The notes: generated by a model from the letters alone, not told the origin. DNA of 64,000 bases from an uncultured archaeon (GCA_963817525.1 CAWFOU010000007.1:32001-96000), one strand, 5' to 3'. Counted from the first letter of the stretch, positions 42,049 through 51,991 are shown. Translations and numbers: made by a program.

Positions 42049-42110
42049 TTAAGGGCTATTGGCGCTAGGGCGACTTGAAAAAGGAGTTTGAACACCTCAC
42101 GGCACACCCT

Positions 42111-43256
42111 TTACCCCTTGACAACAAGAGGACAATCGTTTCCTTCGCAAACGAAGTTCAGTGAAGGCAAAGTGGCTCCGCTAGTCTGGGTAGTCGAAGC
42201 TCCGGAAAGCCCCCACTCGTTATCGATGTAGTTCTGAATGCCTGAATCGGATCCAAATTGATCGTAATAGCTGTACGAGGTAACGTGATTGTTGTCGGTT
42301 TCATATGTGAGGCCTGAACCATAGGCGTTAGTAGGCACCAACCCTCCTCCTATGTTGAAATTGGTTGTGTCATATGACATGGCATATGTATCTCCGGAGC
42401 TGAACGCATAGGCACTAACGCCCAAGTTCGAGTTATCGCTAAGGAAGTCACCTGCCGAGACGTCTGTGACCTCCATCGCCATTGAAGGGTCAACCGAGTA
42501 GCTTCCTTGATCATACGATACTGCACTCGTTGTGGTCCCAATGCTCGAGATGGAATTCGAACTACAGGACGTGTCAGCTGGATCCAATAACATCTGTGTC
42601 GACGGACTACCATAGGTAGTGACCCCAGACGAGGTGACAACCATCAGATAGGTGAGAGTACCGCTTTCACTCACTATGAACCACCAACCAGTGATGCTAT
42701 TGTGTGTTACATATTCTACTTCATCCGTCACCGACGCGGTCCCGCTACTCACCAAATCCGTGCTCCAGGTGTAGGTAAGGGCTCCTACGGAGGAGGAGCC
42801 GCTGAGCGCTTCAATCAGCGTCACGAATGGAACCGGTTCGTCGTTTGAACTGGAATACTGCACCGCCCCTTGGAAGACAATTCCGGTGATGGTGTATTGA
42901 GTGGAGCTGCAAGTGAGCGTTCCACCTGCGCTGAATGGAGCATTGACCAGAAAATAAGCAAAATAGGTATCCGTCCCCATCGTGTACGACGAAGCTAAAT
43001 CCATCCATGCAGTCCCAACACTCGTTTGACCCGTTGAGGCAAGGGTCCCTATTGCCCAATCGGGGTCTGAACCGGGACATTCTCCATACACACACGACTG
43101 AGGCACTCCTAAACCTCTAGGTGATGTAGGATTTCCTGAGGCCGTAGCATGTGCGCTATCCAGGAATACGGCTGCCGCCGGAGAAGAGACCATCAATACG
43201 AGCAGCACGATCGGCAAGACCTTCGCCAATGTGGAATTCCTCAACAACTTCATCAT
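42111..43256 (-). CDS. Secreted divergent G1/thermopsin-like putative peptidase (cassette 2)
   Basis: Signal peptide; YFLVNA, IVFQGAV (putative Q), PSMAMEV (putative E); motif order parallels 50121-51584. Confidence 0.6.
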   Translation of the reverse strand: MMKLLRNSTLAKVLPIVLLVLMVSSPAAAVFLDSAHATASGNPTSPRGLGVPQSCVYGECPGSDPDWAIGTLASTGQTSVGTAWMDLASSYTMGTDTYFAYFLVNAPFSAGGTLTCSSTQYTITGIVFQGAVQYSSSNDEPVPFVTLIEALSGSSSVGALTYTWSTDLVSSGTASVTDEVEYVTHNSITGWWFIVSESGTLTYLMVVTSSGVTTYGSPSTQMLLDPADTSCSSNSISSIGTTTSAVSYDQGSYSVDPSMAMEVTDVSAGDFLSDNSNLGVSAYAFSSGDTYAMSYDTTNFNIGGGLVPTNAYGSGLTYETDNNHVTSYSYYDQFGSDSGIQNYIDNEWGLSGASTTQTSGATLPSLNFVCEGNDCPLVVKG

Positions 43257-43260
43257 TCTG

Positions 43261-43376
43261 TCCAGAAGTCATTTGCTCGGACCTAAAAAGGAAGATTCAC
43301 GACTGATAACACAGTTGAGTAATCAACTGATAACAATGTTCTGTAAAAATCATAGGCAAGCGCATCTACCATCGTC
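43261..43376 (-). promoter_or_regulatory. Conserved cassette promoter/operator, copy A
   Basis: 75-bp core 43274-43348 identical to 54954-55028 and 57294-57368; TTTTTAGG box ~25 nt before ATG. Confidence 0.85.
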
Positions 43377-43730
43377 CTAGACCTCCCCTGTCTCCCGGTA
43401 TCCCTTCAAAGTATCTTCTATGTACCTGAGTACGACTGGATTTTTACAGGCGAACTTGTAGGTCTTCTACCGTCCATGAACTCTTGTTGTGACCTCGGCT
43501 ACGAGGTGAAGCCGCAGCAACGAATACTCGGGCTCGTATGAGCCTGGTCGGCCGCGAATGACTCCGCTAACTTCACTCGGGTAGAGACGTGTCTTGTGAC
43601 AAATCTCGGAGACAGACAGTGCATCCAAGCTCTTCATGAGAGTCCAGAGCACGAGACGCCGAACCCGGCTTCGCAATGCCACGTTAAGAGAGCGACGATC
43701 GACATTGGCGTCCCGGGAGGTATCAGACAT
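43377..43730 (-). pseudogene. EarA/DUF1495-like winged-helix regulator with in-frame TAG at 43467-43469
   Basis: ALRSRVRR.VL, SEI....YPSEV.GVIRG..G.Y....SLL.L.LV; the frame continues KTYKFACKNP...GYRETGEV*. Confidence 0.75.
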
Positions 43731-43910
43731 GGCAAAGCCAGAAGATTTGTCCCACTGCCTCCGTATTTAGGCATTCTCACGAAATTGAAAGCCAAAAAGT
43801 GATGTTACGGCTAAATCTGCCACGATGAGTTCAACGCCTCTTTAAGGCCAACCGGTAATCTGACACCTCGAATAGAGATATTCTCGATAACATATGGTTG
43901 CCATGAGCAC

Positions 43911-43955
43911 AGAGTTCGAATCTATTCCGAGGAAGAATTGGTGGCGGGCCCCGTC
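43911..43955 (-). repeat. tRNA 3'-end remnant / att-like scar, homologous to 51921-51965
   Basis: Minus strand GGGGCCCGCCACCAATTCTTCC; plus strand aligns with 51921-51965. Confidence 0.45.
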
Positions 43956-44335
43956 TGGCCCGCCTGCTTTTGGCTCATAATCGCTTTGGACCCAAGAGGG
44001 TGGTTTATACCCTTAAATATTCTAGCACGACAATGCTTTCGAGATGTTATATGGAGAAGGTTAAATGGAACGGGAGCGCTTCCAGTCCAATATGACGATC
44101 CGGTGGTTCTAATCGCAAATCAATCCGTCGAAACTCTTAGCATATTGCTAATTGGTATTGTATCACTTTTGCGGTGACAGGCTCAATCGAACTTTACCGC
44201 GCGGCCCTTGAAGTAAGAAGGCGTTCTCTCAATGCGGATTCTGGCCGCCTAGGCGAAAATGCAATCTAGCCGCTGCGACGAGTCCAGCGCTCGCGGTCGT
44301 TCGGCTCTCCGCATGCTCGGCTGGTCATGTGAACT

Positions 44336-44456
44336 CTAGGCCCTAGTGATCGGCTGGATGTGGACTTCCTCGGCCTGCTCGCCCACCGCGCATCCGCAGC
44401 CCGCATGGTGTGCCCCTTCTCAGGGTGCCATGGTAGAGCCCGTCCTCGAGCTTCTT
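44336..44456 (-). repeat. Displaced copy of the 3' end of tes (KKLEDGLYHGTLRRG...EEVHIQPITRA*)
   Basis: 121-bp direct repeat of 11864-11985 with mostly third-position changes and a 1-bp deletion; ends at TAG. Confidence 0.92.
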
Positions 44457-44708
44457 GTGGTTCTCGGCAAGAGCGCCTGCCTTCAGCCGCGCGATGCATA
44501 ACCTTGGGAGGGTTCCAGGCCCGACCCGTCTAACCGACCTGAGTTGATCTGGATGCTTGTCTAGGAAGGCTCTGACACGTTCTTTTGCCGCGTCCATCTC
44601 TGAGAGTTTTCCGCTGTCAAGCCTCTTCTTTCTATCGACGATAACTTGCGGATCCTCCTGCGCCTTGGATTCGAGCGAGAGGGACCGCATTGCCTTTTCC
44701 AAGTCCGA

Positions 44709-45584
44709 CTACGGAGTCACTGTGGTCGTGACGGTGGAGGTTACCGTCGGCTCGCTGTATGTGCAACTGGTCACTGTGATGGTTTGGGTGTAGATGGTCG
44801 AGGTTAATGTTGTCGTTACCGTTGTAGTAGACTGAGCCCCGACAGTAGTTGTGGCAGTGACCGTCAACTCACCACCGGGATAACAGTTAGAGGTCGGAAG
44901 CGCATAAGTCGTTGTAGGCGTGGAAGCCTGCGTCGTGACGGTCGCCGTCGATGTAACGATGTCGACCGTGGGGCCGATCGAGATAGTCGCATTGATCATT
45001 AGGGATCGGCCAAGCTGGTATGTGCCCGTGGGGAAACCGCTTACCGGTTCTATGTACGGCCATATGCTCAAGATGTAACTCTGTCCGACAGTGAGGTTTA
45101 AGGTCGGAATGTTGTCGAGGTCAGGGCCCGTTGACTCTCCGGCTGTATAATTGGCACCGGAGTGGATTTGAAAAGAGTCTGATGCCCAGACCTGTGTGCC
45201 ATTCTTCGAATAGATTACCGGGTTGATGAATGGACCTGCTTGATAGACTAACTGGTCTTGGCCGGAGATATCGGTGAGAGTGGCATTGGCCTCGATTGGC
45301 TCGCCTTTTGGCACCACCGAACTGCCTAGTATCACCGAAAAGTTCCAGTCCCCATCACTCTTGTAGAAGGAAACCCGCCCCGCCGCTGTCGAGTTAGTGC
45401 TCAAAGAAGAGGAAGATGAGGAAGCTGCCGAAGAACCTGTCAAGGAAGATGAAGAAGAGGAAGCGGACGACAGGGGTTGACTCGATGTCGTTGTTGTTGG
45501 GTTCCCAGGGGTGGTCGTGATGGCGAAGACTGCGACAACGGCGAGTATTAGCACCACTGCGATTCCAATCAGTCTCTTGTTCAT
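44709..45584 (-). CDS. Membrane-anchored partner with BsuPI-like Ig domain and Thr-rich tail (cassette 3 partner)
   Basis: TM, Ser linker, GEPIEANATLTDISG...VIYSKNGTQVWAS. Confidence 0.65.
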   Translation of the reverse strand: MNKRLIGIAVVLILAVVAVFAITTTPGNPTTTTSSQPLSSASSSSSSLTGSSAASSSSSSLSTNSTAAGRVSFYKSDGDWNFSVILGSSVVPKGEPIEANATLTDISGQDQLVYQAGPFINPVIYSKNGTQVWASDSFQIHSGANYTAGESTGPDLDNIPTLNLTVGQSYILSIWPYIEPVSGFPTGTYQLGRSLMINATISIGPTVDIVTSTATVTTQASTPTTTYALPTSNCYPGGELTVTATTTVGAQSTTTVTTTLTSTIYTQTITVTSCTYSEPTVTSTVTTTVTP

Positions 45585-45805
45585 GATGCGGGCCTCTATA
45601 TTTCACGGGGTTTGGCTTGTCTGTAAGTCTTGCGTTTAGGGTCTTGGAACGCAATTAGGGCTGCCGAGACAAGATATGGAAAATTCATTCTGCTTCATCG
45701 GTGATTGAGTAAAAGCGAGAAGAATACCGAATTCTGTTGCAACTGTGGATGACCTTGTTCTGACATGGGGTACCCAAGAGGACATGGGAACGCCAAGTTC
45801 AGATC

Positions 45806-47077
45806 TTATGTGCCACAGCTACTCTGCCAGGTCTCGGTGAAATATCCGTGCACTCCGTCGGCTATAACGTCCCCTGGGTAAAGGTCAGCTTCGTTGCATC
45901 CGCTGATATCTATTTCATAACTACCATAATAGTTGTCATTATAGTTTGTATAAATGCTCCAGTTGTCCGGCTCATAAGTAGAGCCAAAGTCGAGATCGGC
46001 GCCATAGAATCCATAGTCGTTGGTGAGTTCAGGCAACACGTTGGAACCGGTCGTTATGTCGAATATCTCAGAATAGTATGCGTCACCCATTCCACTGAAG
46101 GTAGAACCCGAGGTGGAAAAGGGTATGCAAGTTTCTCCCGCTCCGCCGTCTGCAGATGAGTCTGCAATGTCGAAGACATAGCTATCCAGTGAGTTACTGT
46201 TGGAATAATATTTTGCACTGTACACTATCGAGGCCATAGCGTCACCGGACGAAATTGCGTAGTCCCAAGAAAGCCCAGCCCCGCATATGGTTGGAGAGTT
46301 CGACCCGTTGTATAACCAATAGAAGGCTTCATAGGATGATGTGCAACTGCCTCCACTGGTGCAGGAAAGCTCGTCGAGGACGCCGTCCATGGCTGCATCA
46401 TAAGACGGGCCGATGCCGCCCGACTGCGCCGCCGTCTCTTGATACATTTCACAATCCGAGCTCACACAAGCGTTCGATGGACTTGAGGGCTGGGAGATTG
46501 CTTGCGCTGCATATTCAGCAGTAATGTCGAGTACCGGAACGGTGGCCCCAGAATCGTTGTAGAAGTCGTACCCCGAAATTCCAGTCGATGTTGTTATCGC
46601 AGGAGATACTCCCCCATGGAAAGGAGATGGGAGAGGCGGATAGAAGGTTGAACTCTGAACGGATGACAATGTTGGGTTCTCCCCCACGTCAAGCTTGCCC
46701 ACCAATGTGTTACCGTTCATTATGTCGAAAACAAAGTGGACAGATTGAATCGTCGCCTGGCATGTAGTCATTCGGTAGCCGCTATCGAATGTTGCGTTGT
46801 ACTGGGAAGTTAGTGCCCGGAACTCAGAAGCCGACTCCGCCAGTTGGACTCCTGTCGCGAGATCAACACTAGCTTGCGTCGACATGATATCGGACGCAAC
46901 ACGGGCACCACACTCACTCGCCGCGTTAGAATTGGCCCCGGAGTTAGTGTCAGCATGAGCTAGATTCACGCCCGACAATCCTCGCGAGAATACGAGGAGG
47001 GCGAGAACAGCCAGTATGATTCCGGCATTCACGCTAGGCCCTGCTGCATTAAGTCGATTGCGATTGGAGACCATCAT
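45806..47077 (-). CDS. Secreted G1-fold protein with pro-domain and degenerate catalytic positions (cassette 3)
   Basis: Colinear with 56059-57276 (ISGYD, C...CE, C....CTSSYEAFY, ISSGD, YYSEIFD). Confidence 0.65.
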   Translation of the reverse strand: MMVSNRNRLNAAGPSVNAGIILAVLALLVFSRGLSGVNLAHADTNSGANSNAASECGARVASDIMSTQASVDLATGVQLAESASEFRALTSQYNATFDSGYRMTTCQATIQSVHFVFDIMNGNTLVGKLDVGENPTLSSVQSSTFYPPLPSPFHGGVSPAITTSTGISGYDFYNDSGATVPVLDITAEYAAQAISQPSSPSNACVSSDCEMYQETAAQSGGIGPSYDAAMDGVLDELSCTSGGSCTSSYEAFYWLYNGSNSPTICGAGLSWDYAISSGDAMASIVYSAKYYSNSNSLDSYVFDIADSSADGGAGETCIPFSTSGSTFSGMGDAYYSEIFDITTGSNVLPELTNDYGFYGADLDFGSTYEPDNWSIYTNYNDNYYGSYEIDISGCNEADLYPGDVIADGVHGYFTETWQSSCGT

Positions 47078-47118
47078 TGCTCATGCAATCTTGGTATAGG
47101 AAATGTCGGCTATATTAT

Positions 47119-47159
47119 CAAGAATCACAACTGTATACACAGCTGCATAATCAGTTGTG
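47119..47159 (-). promoter_or_regulatory. Diverged cassette operator, copy E
   Basis: AAGAATCA-CAACTG-N6-CAGCTG-N6-CAGTTG aligns without gaps to the conserved leader. Confidence 0.7.
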
Positions 47160-47207
47160 GAACGGCGTTTCGGTTCAAAGTCAGTCTCGCATGCATGCAA
47201 GATTTAG

Positions 47208-47562
47208 TTAGCTCTCTCCGACTCTCCGATATCTTTCGAGAACTCCTTTCGATATAATTCAACAGAATCGGGTTCTTGCAGATGAACTTGTACGTCTTCT
47301 GTTGTCTACTGCCTGCGACTTTCGAGATGCTTTCGCTTACGAGCTGAAGTCGAAGCAAGGAGTATTGGGGCTCATACTGACCTTTGACGCCACGAATGAC
47401 ACCAGCCACTTCACTCGGGCTAAGACCTGCGTGGCGGCCAATCTCCGAAATGGATAGAGAGGCTCCACTGTTCTTGAGAGTCGAAAGCACGAGGCGCCGA
47501 ACACGGCTCTGCAGCGCGATACGAAGCAGATCCAGAATTTGCTCCACTTCGCCTGTGCTCAA
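47208..47562 (-). CDS. EarA/DUF1495-like winged-helix regulator, probably the intact copy
   Basis: LQSRVRRLVL...SEIGR.AGL.PSEV.GVIRG..GQY....SLL.L.LV..KTYKF. Removing one base at ~47248 gives ...VLERYRRVGES*, matching the paralog ends. Confidence 0.75.
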
Positions 47563-48127
47563 GCTAGAAAAACAACCGGCACAATGTTCCGATATCGAGT
47601 TATATACGCATTTTTCGTAAACTATGTGTCATAGATTCGTGTAACGGCTAATGTCGACAAAACATTCAGCCCGAATTGGCCAGCGAGAACCACGCCCGCA
47701 ACCTGATTGGCTCGGCAAGCACAATCGAACACAAACTCAAGATTCCTAGGAAGCACTGCGATGCGGTACATGAAGACTATGAGTCAATCCTGAAAACTAG
47801 GCTCGTTCGAGCTTCCATACACCAGTATTGACGCGATATTGAAAGAGATAGCCTCATGCCAGGATATCGGCATCTAGTACTTTATAGTGAGTTTTCCTGA
47901 AAAGGATGAGACAAGATTGATAGAACTCTTTGTCGTCGAGATGGCGTTAAAAATAGCGTTCACATACCTCTGCCTCAAAAGGTTACCTCTCCTGTACGCT
48001 ACCGCGCAGCGTGTCTGTGAATGACTCGGAATGTGGAAGCCCTCAGAGAGTCCTCGGCCTTGCACCCTCCGCTCCGACCCGTTTCTTCGTGACCCATTGT
48101 CGTCAGAAATCGCAGCTATCGCTAACT

Positions 48128-49240
48128 CTAATCCGAGGATGCAACCAAAACCTGATTCACGTACGAGAAACGCACCCCGTTCAGGAGGGTACCGGTGACG
48201 GTGAGGGGATATTGCTCGGCAGTATTGATTCCCGCGCCAACCAAAGTAGGCGCGCTCTGAATCCTCTGACCGGTCAGCACTGGGTTCGACGAACTCGCGT
48301 TGAATGAGAAGGCGAAAACGGTCGTCGGAGTACCGACCAAGCCCCTGAGGCTGGCGTTCAACGAAGCGATAGGGGCCAGACCGATGTTCTCCAGCGACAT
48401 GGTGACCTCGTGTCCCTCCGGGCTGTACCCCGCGATTGCGACCGAGACTGCCCCGACGTGATTGTTCGACGTCGCTGAGACTTGGAAGGGCGCGCAGATG
48501 GTCTGATTCCACTCGTCTTCTACGGCGAGGGTATACTGCCCAGGCGAGAGGTAGTGGAAGTAGGGCGAGCTCGTCGTGGCCGCGCCTAGGTCTAGGTAGC
48601 CCTTAACAGGAGCCCAGTAGCCGAACAAGCTTGTTCCTTCGGGGCAATGGGTATCGGATGCGTTCCCACAATATTCGGTAGTCGCGTTGGTCGCAAGGCG
48701 GTATAGTCCCCCCAGAACGCCAAGGCTCGCATTGCTGCTGTCGGGCAGGAACACGACCGAGTCGGATCCCTGGACAATGCAGGGAAGTGCCACGGGAGGC
48801 GCAAGCCAGAGAGGGGTCACTGCGGACGAGAGGTTCTCTGACGAGTAATGGCCTTGGAACAGAGCGTAGGCCCCAAGAGAGAACAGGGTGTTGTCACCGC
48901 ATACGAAGTCGTCGTTCGTCCAAGCCGCTATCGTGGAGTTGGGCGAGTTCGCGATGGAAACTGAGAGGTTCTGGTCGAGCGGGTTGTAGAACGAAATCTG
49001 CGCACCCAATGCGGAGCCCATCCCAATCGTGGTGGCGTTGAGATTCAGGTTGAGCTCGAGACCTGAGGGCGCGGTAACCGAGTAGGTACTCGGTAGTTGG
49101 GAGTGCGATGACTGCTGTGAGGACCTTGAGGAAACCTTGGCCGCGGACGAGTAAGCGCTGTTGATTTCAATCGCAACCAACGAAGTCACAAGAATCACCA
49201 CGGCGACCGCCGTCATGATTCGATGCGAATATTCCGACAT
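48128..49240 (-). CDS. Membrane-anchored partner, 'GQYTL.VEDEW' family plus extra Ig-like domain (cassette 4 partner)
   Basis: TM; SGLELNLNLNATTI..G; GHYS..NLS; GYW; PGQYTLAVEDEWNQ. Confidence 0.75.
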   Translation of the reverse strand: MSEYSHRIMTAVAVVILVTSLVAIEINSAYSSAAKVSSRSSQQSSHSQLPSTYSVTAPSGLELNLNLNATTIGMGSALGAQISFYNPLDQNLSVSIANSPNSTIAAWTNDDFVCGDNTLFSLGAYALFQGHYSSENLSSAVTPLWLAPPVALPCIVQGSDSVVFLPDSSNASLGVLGGLYRLATNATTEYCGNASDTHCPEGTSLFGYWAPVKGYLDLGAATTSSPYFHYLSPGQYTLAVEDEWNQTICAPFQVSATSNNHVGAVSVAIAGYSPEGHEVTMSLENIGLAPIASLNASLRGLVGTPTTVFAFSFNASSSNPVLTGQRIQSAPTLVGAGINTAEQYPLTVTGTLLNGVRFSYVNQVLVASSD

Positions 49241-49412
49241 TACTAACTCTGAAGGATAAGGGCGCGCCCGATTTATTGCTACTTCTTAGAAAAAAAATGC
49301 TAGCATTTATTTCAAAACAGTCCTAGCTTTATTGAGATTCTTCTATGCGGTATGTGCATGGATGACTGGAGCTGACCTCCTTCAACATGTCGCGCCTTCG
49401 TTGGCGGAAGCT

Positions 49413-49826
49413 CTAGACATCCTGTCTTAGCGTACTAAACGTCTGGTGAAAAGACACCAAAAGCGACACCGCTATCGTAATCACCGAGAACAAGTAGGAG
49501 GGCGACGTCAAGGTGGACGGCCGAAGGAGAGTGACAAGAAACACGAGTGACGTTGCCAAAAATACAGAAAACGCAGCCCACAACGGGATCAGTGTCCTCC
49601 TAACTCTGATCATATTCTCAAAGACCACTCTATCTGCCACGTAACCATCACCTCCTTCGTGAATTAATCCCAATCGAACCAACTTTTGTAGATGATACTC
49701 TGCAACCGAAGATGAACTCAAATTGAGAGCTCGCTGAACGTCTGACAGACGGGCGGGTCCGTGCTTGAAGACATGTCTATAAACTCGTAGTGAAGTACCC
49801 GTCAGAGCCTCGCGCCGAGACGACAT
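49413..49826 (-). CDS. HTH regulator with two C-terminal TM helices
   Basis: LTGTSLRVYR..F..GP....DVQRALNLSSSSVAEYHLQKL..LGLI. Confidence 0.8.
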   Translation of the reverse strand: MSSRREALTGTSLRVYRHVFKHGPARLSDVQRALNLSSSSVAEYHLQKLVRLGLIHEGGDGYVADRVVFENMIRVRRTLIPLWAAFSVFLATSLVFLVTLLRPSTLTSPSYLFSVITIAVSLLVSFHQTFSTLRQDV

Positions 49827-50120
49827 GGCCTATTCTCCAGAGAGCAAATTGCTACGAGGATTGATTACCTTTCCGTATCCTTGCCTCTTTTTCTGTGGAC
49901 TCTTGTTTTCTTGCCGTGGATTGAGTCGTCTTGAATAGAGAAATTGCATGCACAGAACTCGCAACCTTTGGCCATCGTCCGCTATCTTTACTTTGAAACC
50001 GCCGTTTCTGCAGGCAGGTCGTCAATAACTTACATGAAGAGGCGAATCTTACATTTTGCTAGAATCATCTACCACCGCCTCATGATGCAAAAAGGGAGGG
50101 GTGGTGACGACCCCTCAGTG

Positions 50121-51584
50121 CTAGAAAAGTGCCGTAGCATAGGTATTGGTTGCTCCGGTACAGACGTACCCCGTGTCACCTATGTCAACGTCTGGCGATG
50201 AGACGCCTGTACACTGGGTGTTACCCCCTTCGAGGAACCACGACGGAGTAGCTACGCACTCCCCTACAGCAGTGTATGGCCAAGAACCGGCCGGGCTACA
50301 GCTAGGGCTGTCATTTGAATTGACTACATAACCTGTCGATGGGTTGTTCCAGGATCCCGATGAATAATACTCGAACGAAGGACTCTGGGTGTTCGACATG
50401 CCACTGAAGACACTCTGTGTCGAGTCGTATGATTCGAAGGCGAATGGTTCCTGTGCCACGCCGTAATAGGTAGTACTACTTGGACAGCATTGCGTGATCC
50501 AAGATGCAAATGGATAGGAGTTCGCACCGAAGAGTACGTTCCAGCCCGAGCTGTAATAGATTTCCATGGTGTTTGAACCAGAAGAGCCTTCGTTTGCGAT
50601 GTTCGCAGCGTAGTAATTGCACGGGTTTGACGAGCAGTCGTTGTAGAAGAGCACCAGTTCCCAATTGTGATTGTTGGTTCCATTAGAGGGGTTTTCGAGG
50701 ACCGCTTGCAGAAACATATTTGGATCGATTATTGCATTGACGGTGAAGAAGACTGGTGAACCCGACGGTGGCGAGAGGCTAGGATAGCTGAGACCTACGG
50801 AAACCGCGGTGACCGAACTCCAACTAATTCCTGTATTGCCGCATTGCGTTTTGGCCGAACTGTTGCAAAGGCCTACGCCGAGCGCCCAAGAGGGGTCCTT
50901 GCCATGCCCATGCCATATTCCCGTGGCCTGACTCTGTGAAGCGCCGGGAGACGATTCATGGTTCTGGCCCACTCCTATACTGTGGTTGATCGTCGAGTTC
51001 GCGCTCGTGAGCGGAATGCCGGCGTTTAGCCTTACTACAACGAGCTGGGTAACGGAATAGCCCGAGACTGGGTCGACGTAATGACACCCTACCTCAAAGC
51101 TCCCGATGGCCCCGGTTTCTGGCGCCGTGGGGTCTACTCTAATCAGCAAGGACATCGACGAACTCTTTCCGTATGGTACAGTTATTGAAGGGACAGACGT
51201 GGCCACCTGCAACCAGCTCGGGATTGCCCCGCCATGCGCGGGGAAAGGATAGATTGCAAAGGTAACAACCACCGTGGAATTCGGCGATACGGAAGGGTTC
51301 GCCCACGGAAATGCGAAGTCAACTATGACCGACTCTGAACCTGGTTGGGCATTGAAACTCATGATCCCCGAATCTGCGGAGCCGTTTAGGTAAATACCCG
51401 CCAAGACGGGATCTGCGAGGCCCGCTGCTGACCCGGAATTATTTGTGGCCTGTCGGGACGTGTTGGCGGCCGCGCTCGTGTTCGCGTACGCACTCACACT
51501 GGTTGAAAGCATGCTAATCAATAGAACTCCGAGAATCAACAGAACGCTTGAGCTTCTTATTTTTGAAATCATTCGTGAGTTCAT
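50121..51584 (-). CDS. Secreted Ig-like plus divergent G1-like putative peptidase (cassette 4)
   Basis: Signal peptide; FFTVNA...MFLQAVL (putative Q), EPFAFESYD (putative E); Cys-rich. Confidence 0.6.
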   Translation of the reverse strand: MNSRMISKIRSSSVLLILGVLLISMLSTSVSAYANTSAAANTSRQATNNSGSAAGLADPVLAGIYLNGSADSGIMSFNAQPGSESVIVDFAFPWANPSVSPNSTVVVTFAIYPFPAHGGAIPSWLQVATSVPSITVPYGKSSSMSLLIRVDPTAPETGAIGSFEVGCHYVDPVSGYSVTQLVVVRLNAGIPLTSANSTINHSIGVGQNHESSPGASQSQATGIWHGHGKDPSWALGVGLCNSSAKTQCGNTGISWSSVTAVSVGLSYPSLSPPSGSPVFFTVNAIIDPNMFLQAVLENPSNGTNNHNWELVLFYNDCSSNPCNYYAANIANEGSSGSNTMEIYYSSGWNVLFGANSYPFASWITQCCPSSTTYYGVAQEPFAFESYDSTQSVFSGMSNTQSPSFEYYSSGSWNNPSTGYVVNSNDSPSCSPAGSWPYTAVGECVATPSWFLEGGNTQCTGVSSPDVDIGDTGYVCTGATNTYATALF

Positions 51585-51618
51585 CGCTCTGTTTGTCTGA
51601 GAAAATTCTCATATAAGC

Positions 51619-51670
51619 AAGATTCATAGTTGTGAATATAGCTGTGAATATAGCTGTGAATATAGCTGTG
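51619..51670 (-). promoter_or_regulatory. Cassette operator, copy F: 12-bp tandem repeat ATAGYTGTGAAT x ~4
   Basis: AAGATTCA followed by TAGTTG/TAGCTG at 12-bp period, next to a CTTATAT TATA box upstream of 51584. Confidence 0.75.
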
Positions 51671-51948
51671 TAGCCGCTGTGCGAAAGAATCATCTACGTG
51701 AACGCTCTTTCTGCATGCGCGACGCGACTGCTCAGCCCTCTCCTTTTATTCGATATCTTTCAAGAAGCCCTTCCGATAGCGAGCAAAGGGTCTTTGGGCA
51801 TCGGGAGCCGAAGACCCACCTGATTGATCGGGTGAGTCCTCCGGTCCGGGCCTTGTTACTTCCCGACGGAACGAAATGCGGTCGCGTCGTTGTCATAGAT
51901 TGCCCCACTTCGCCGCCATCAGGGTTCGAATCCAACTCTAGGGAAGTA

Positions 51949-51989
51949 TTGGTGGCGCGCCCCACCGGACTTGAACCCTCGACCTCTTT
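51949..51989 (-). repeat. Degenerate tRNA 3'-half remnant (att scar)
   Basis: Minus strand AAGAGGTCGAGGGTTCAAGTCCGGTGGGGCGCGCCACCA; no 5' half. Confidence 0.55.
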
Positions 51990-51991
51990 GG

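Noticed and set aside
6844-44456. tes 3' repeats as TR/VR of a diversity-generating retroelement
   Set aside because: Mismatches are not adenine-specific (e.g. GCG/GCT, GTC/GTG, CCT/CCG) and no reverse transcriptase is present in the window
44343-44702. A 119-aa gene with Tes similarity
   Set aside because: Chimeric read-through of an unknown fragment into the tes stub, which carries a 1-bp deletion
43377-47562. Archaellum operon implied by EarA-like genes
   Set aside because: No archaellin or arl genes in the window; only the regulator family is shared
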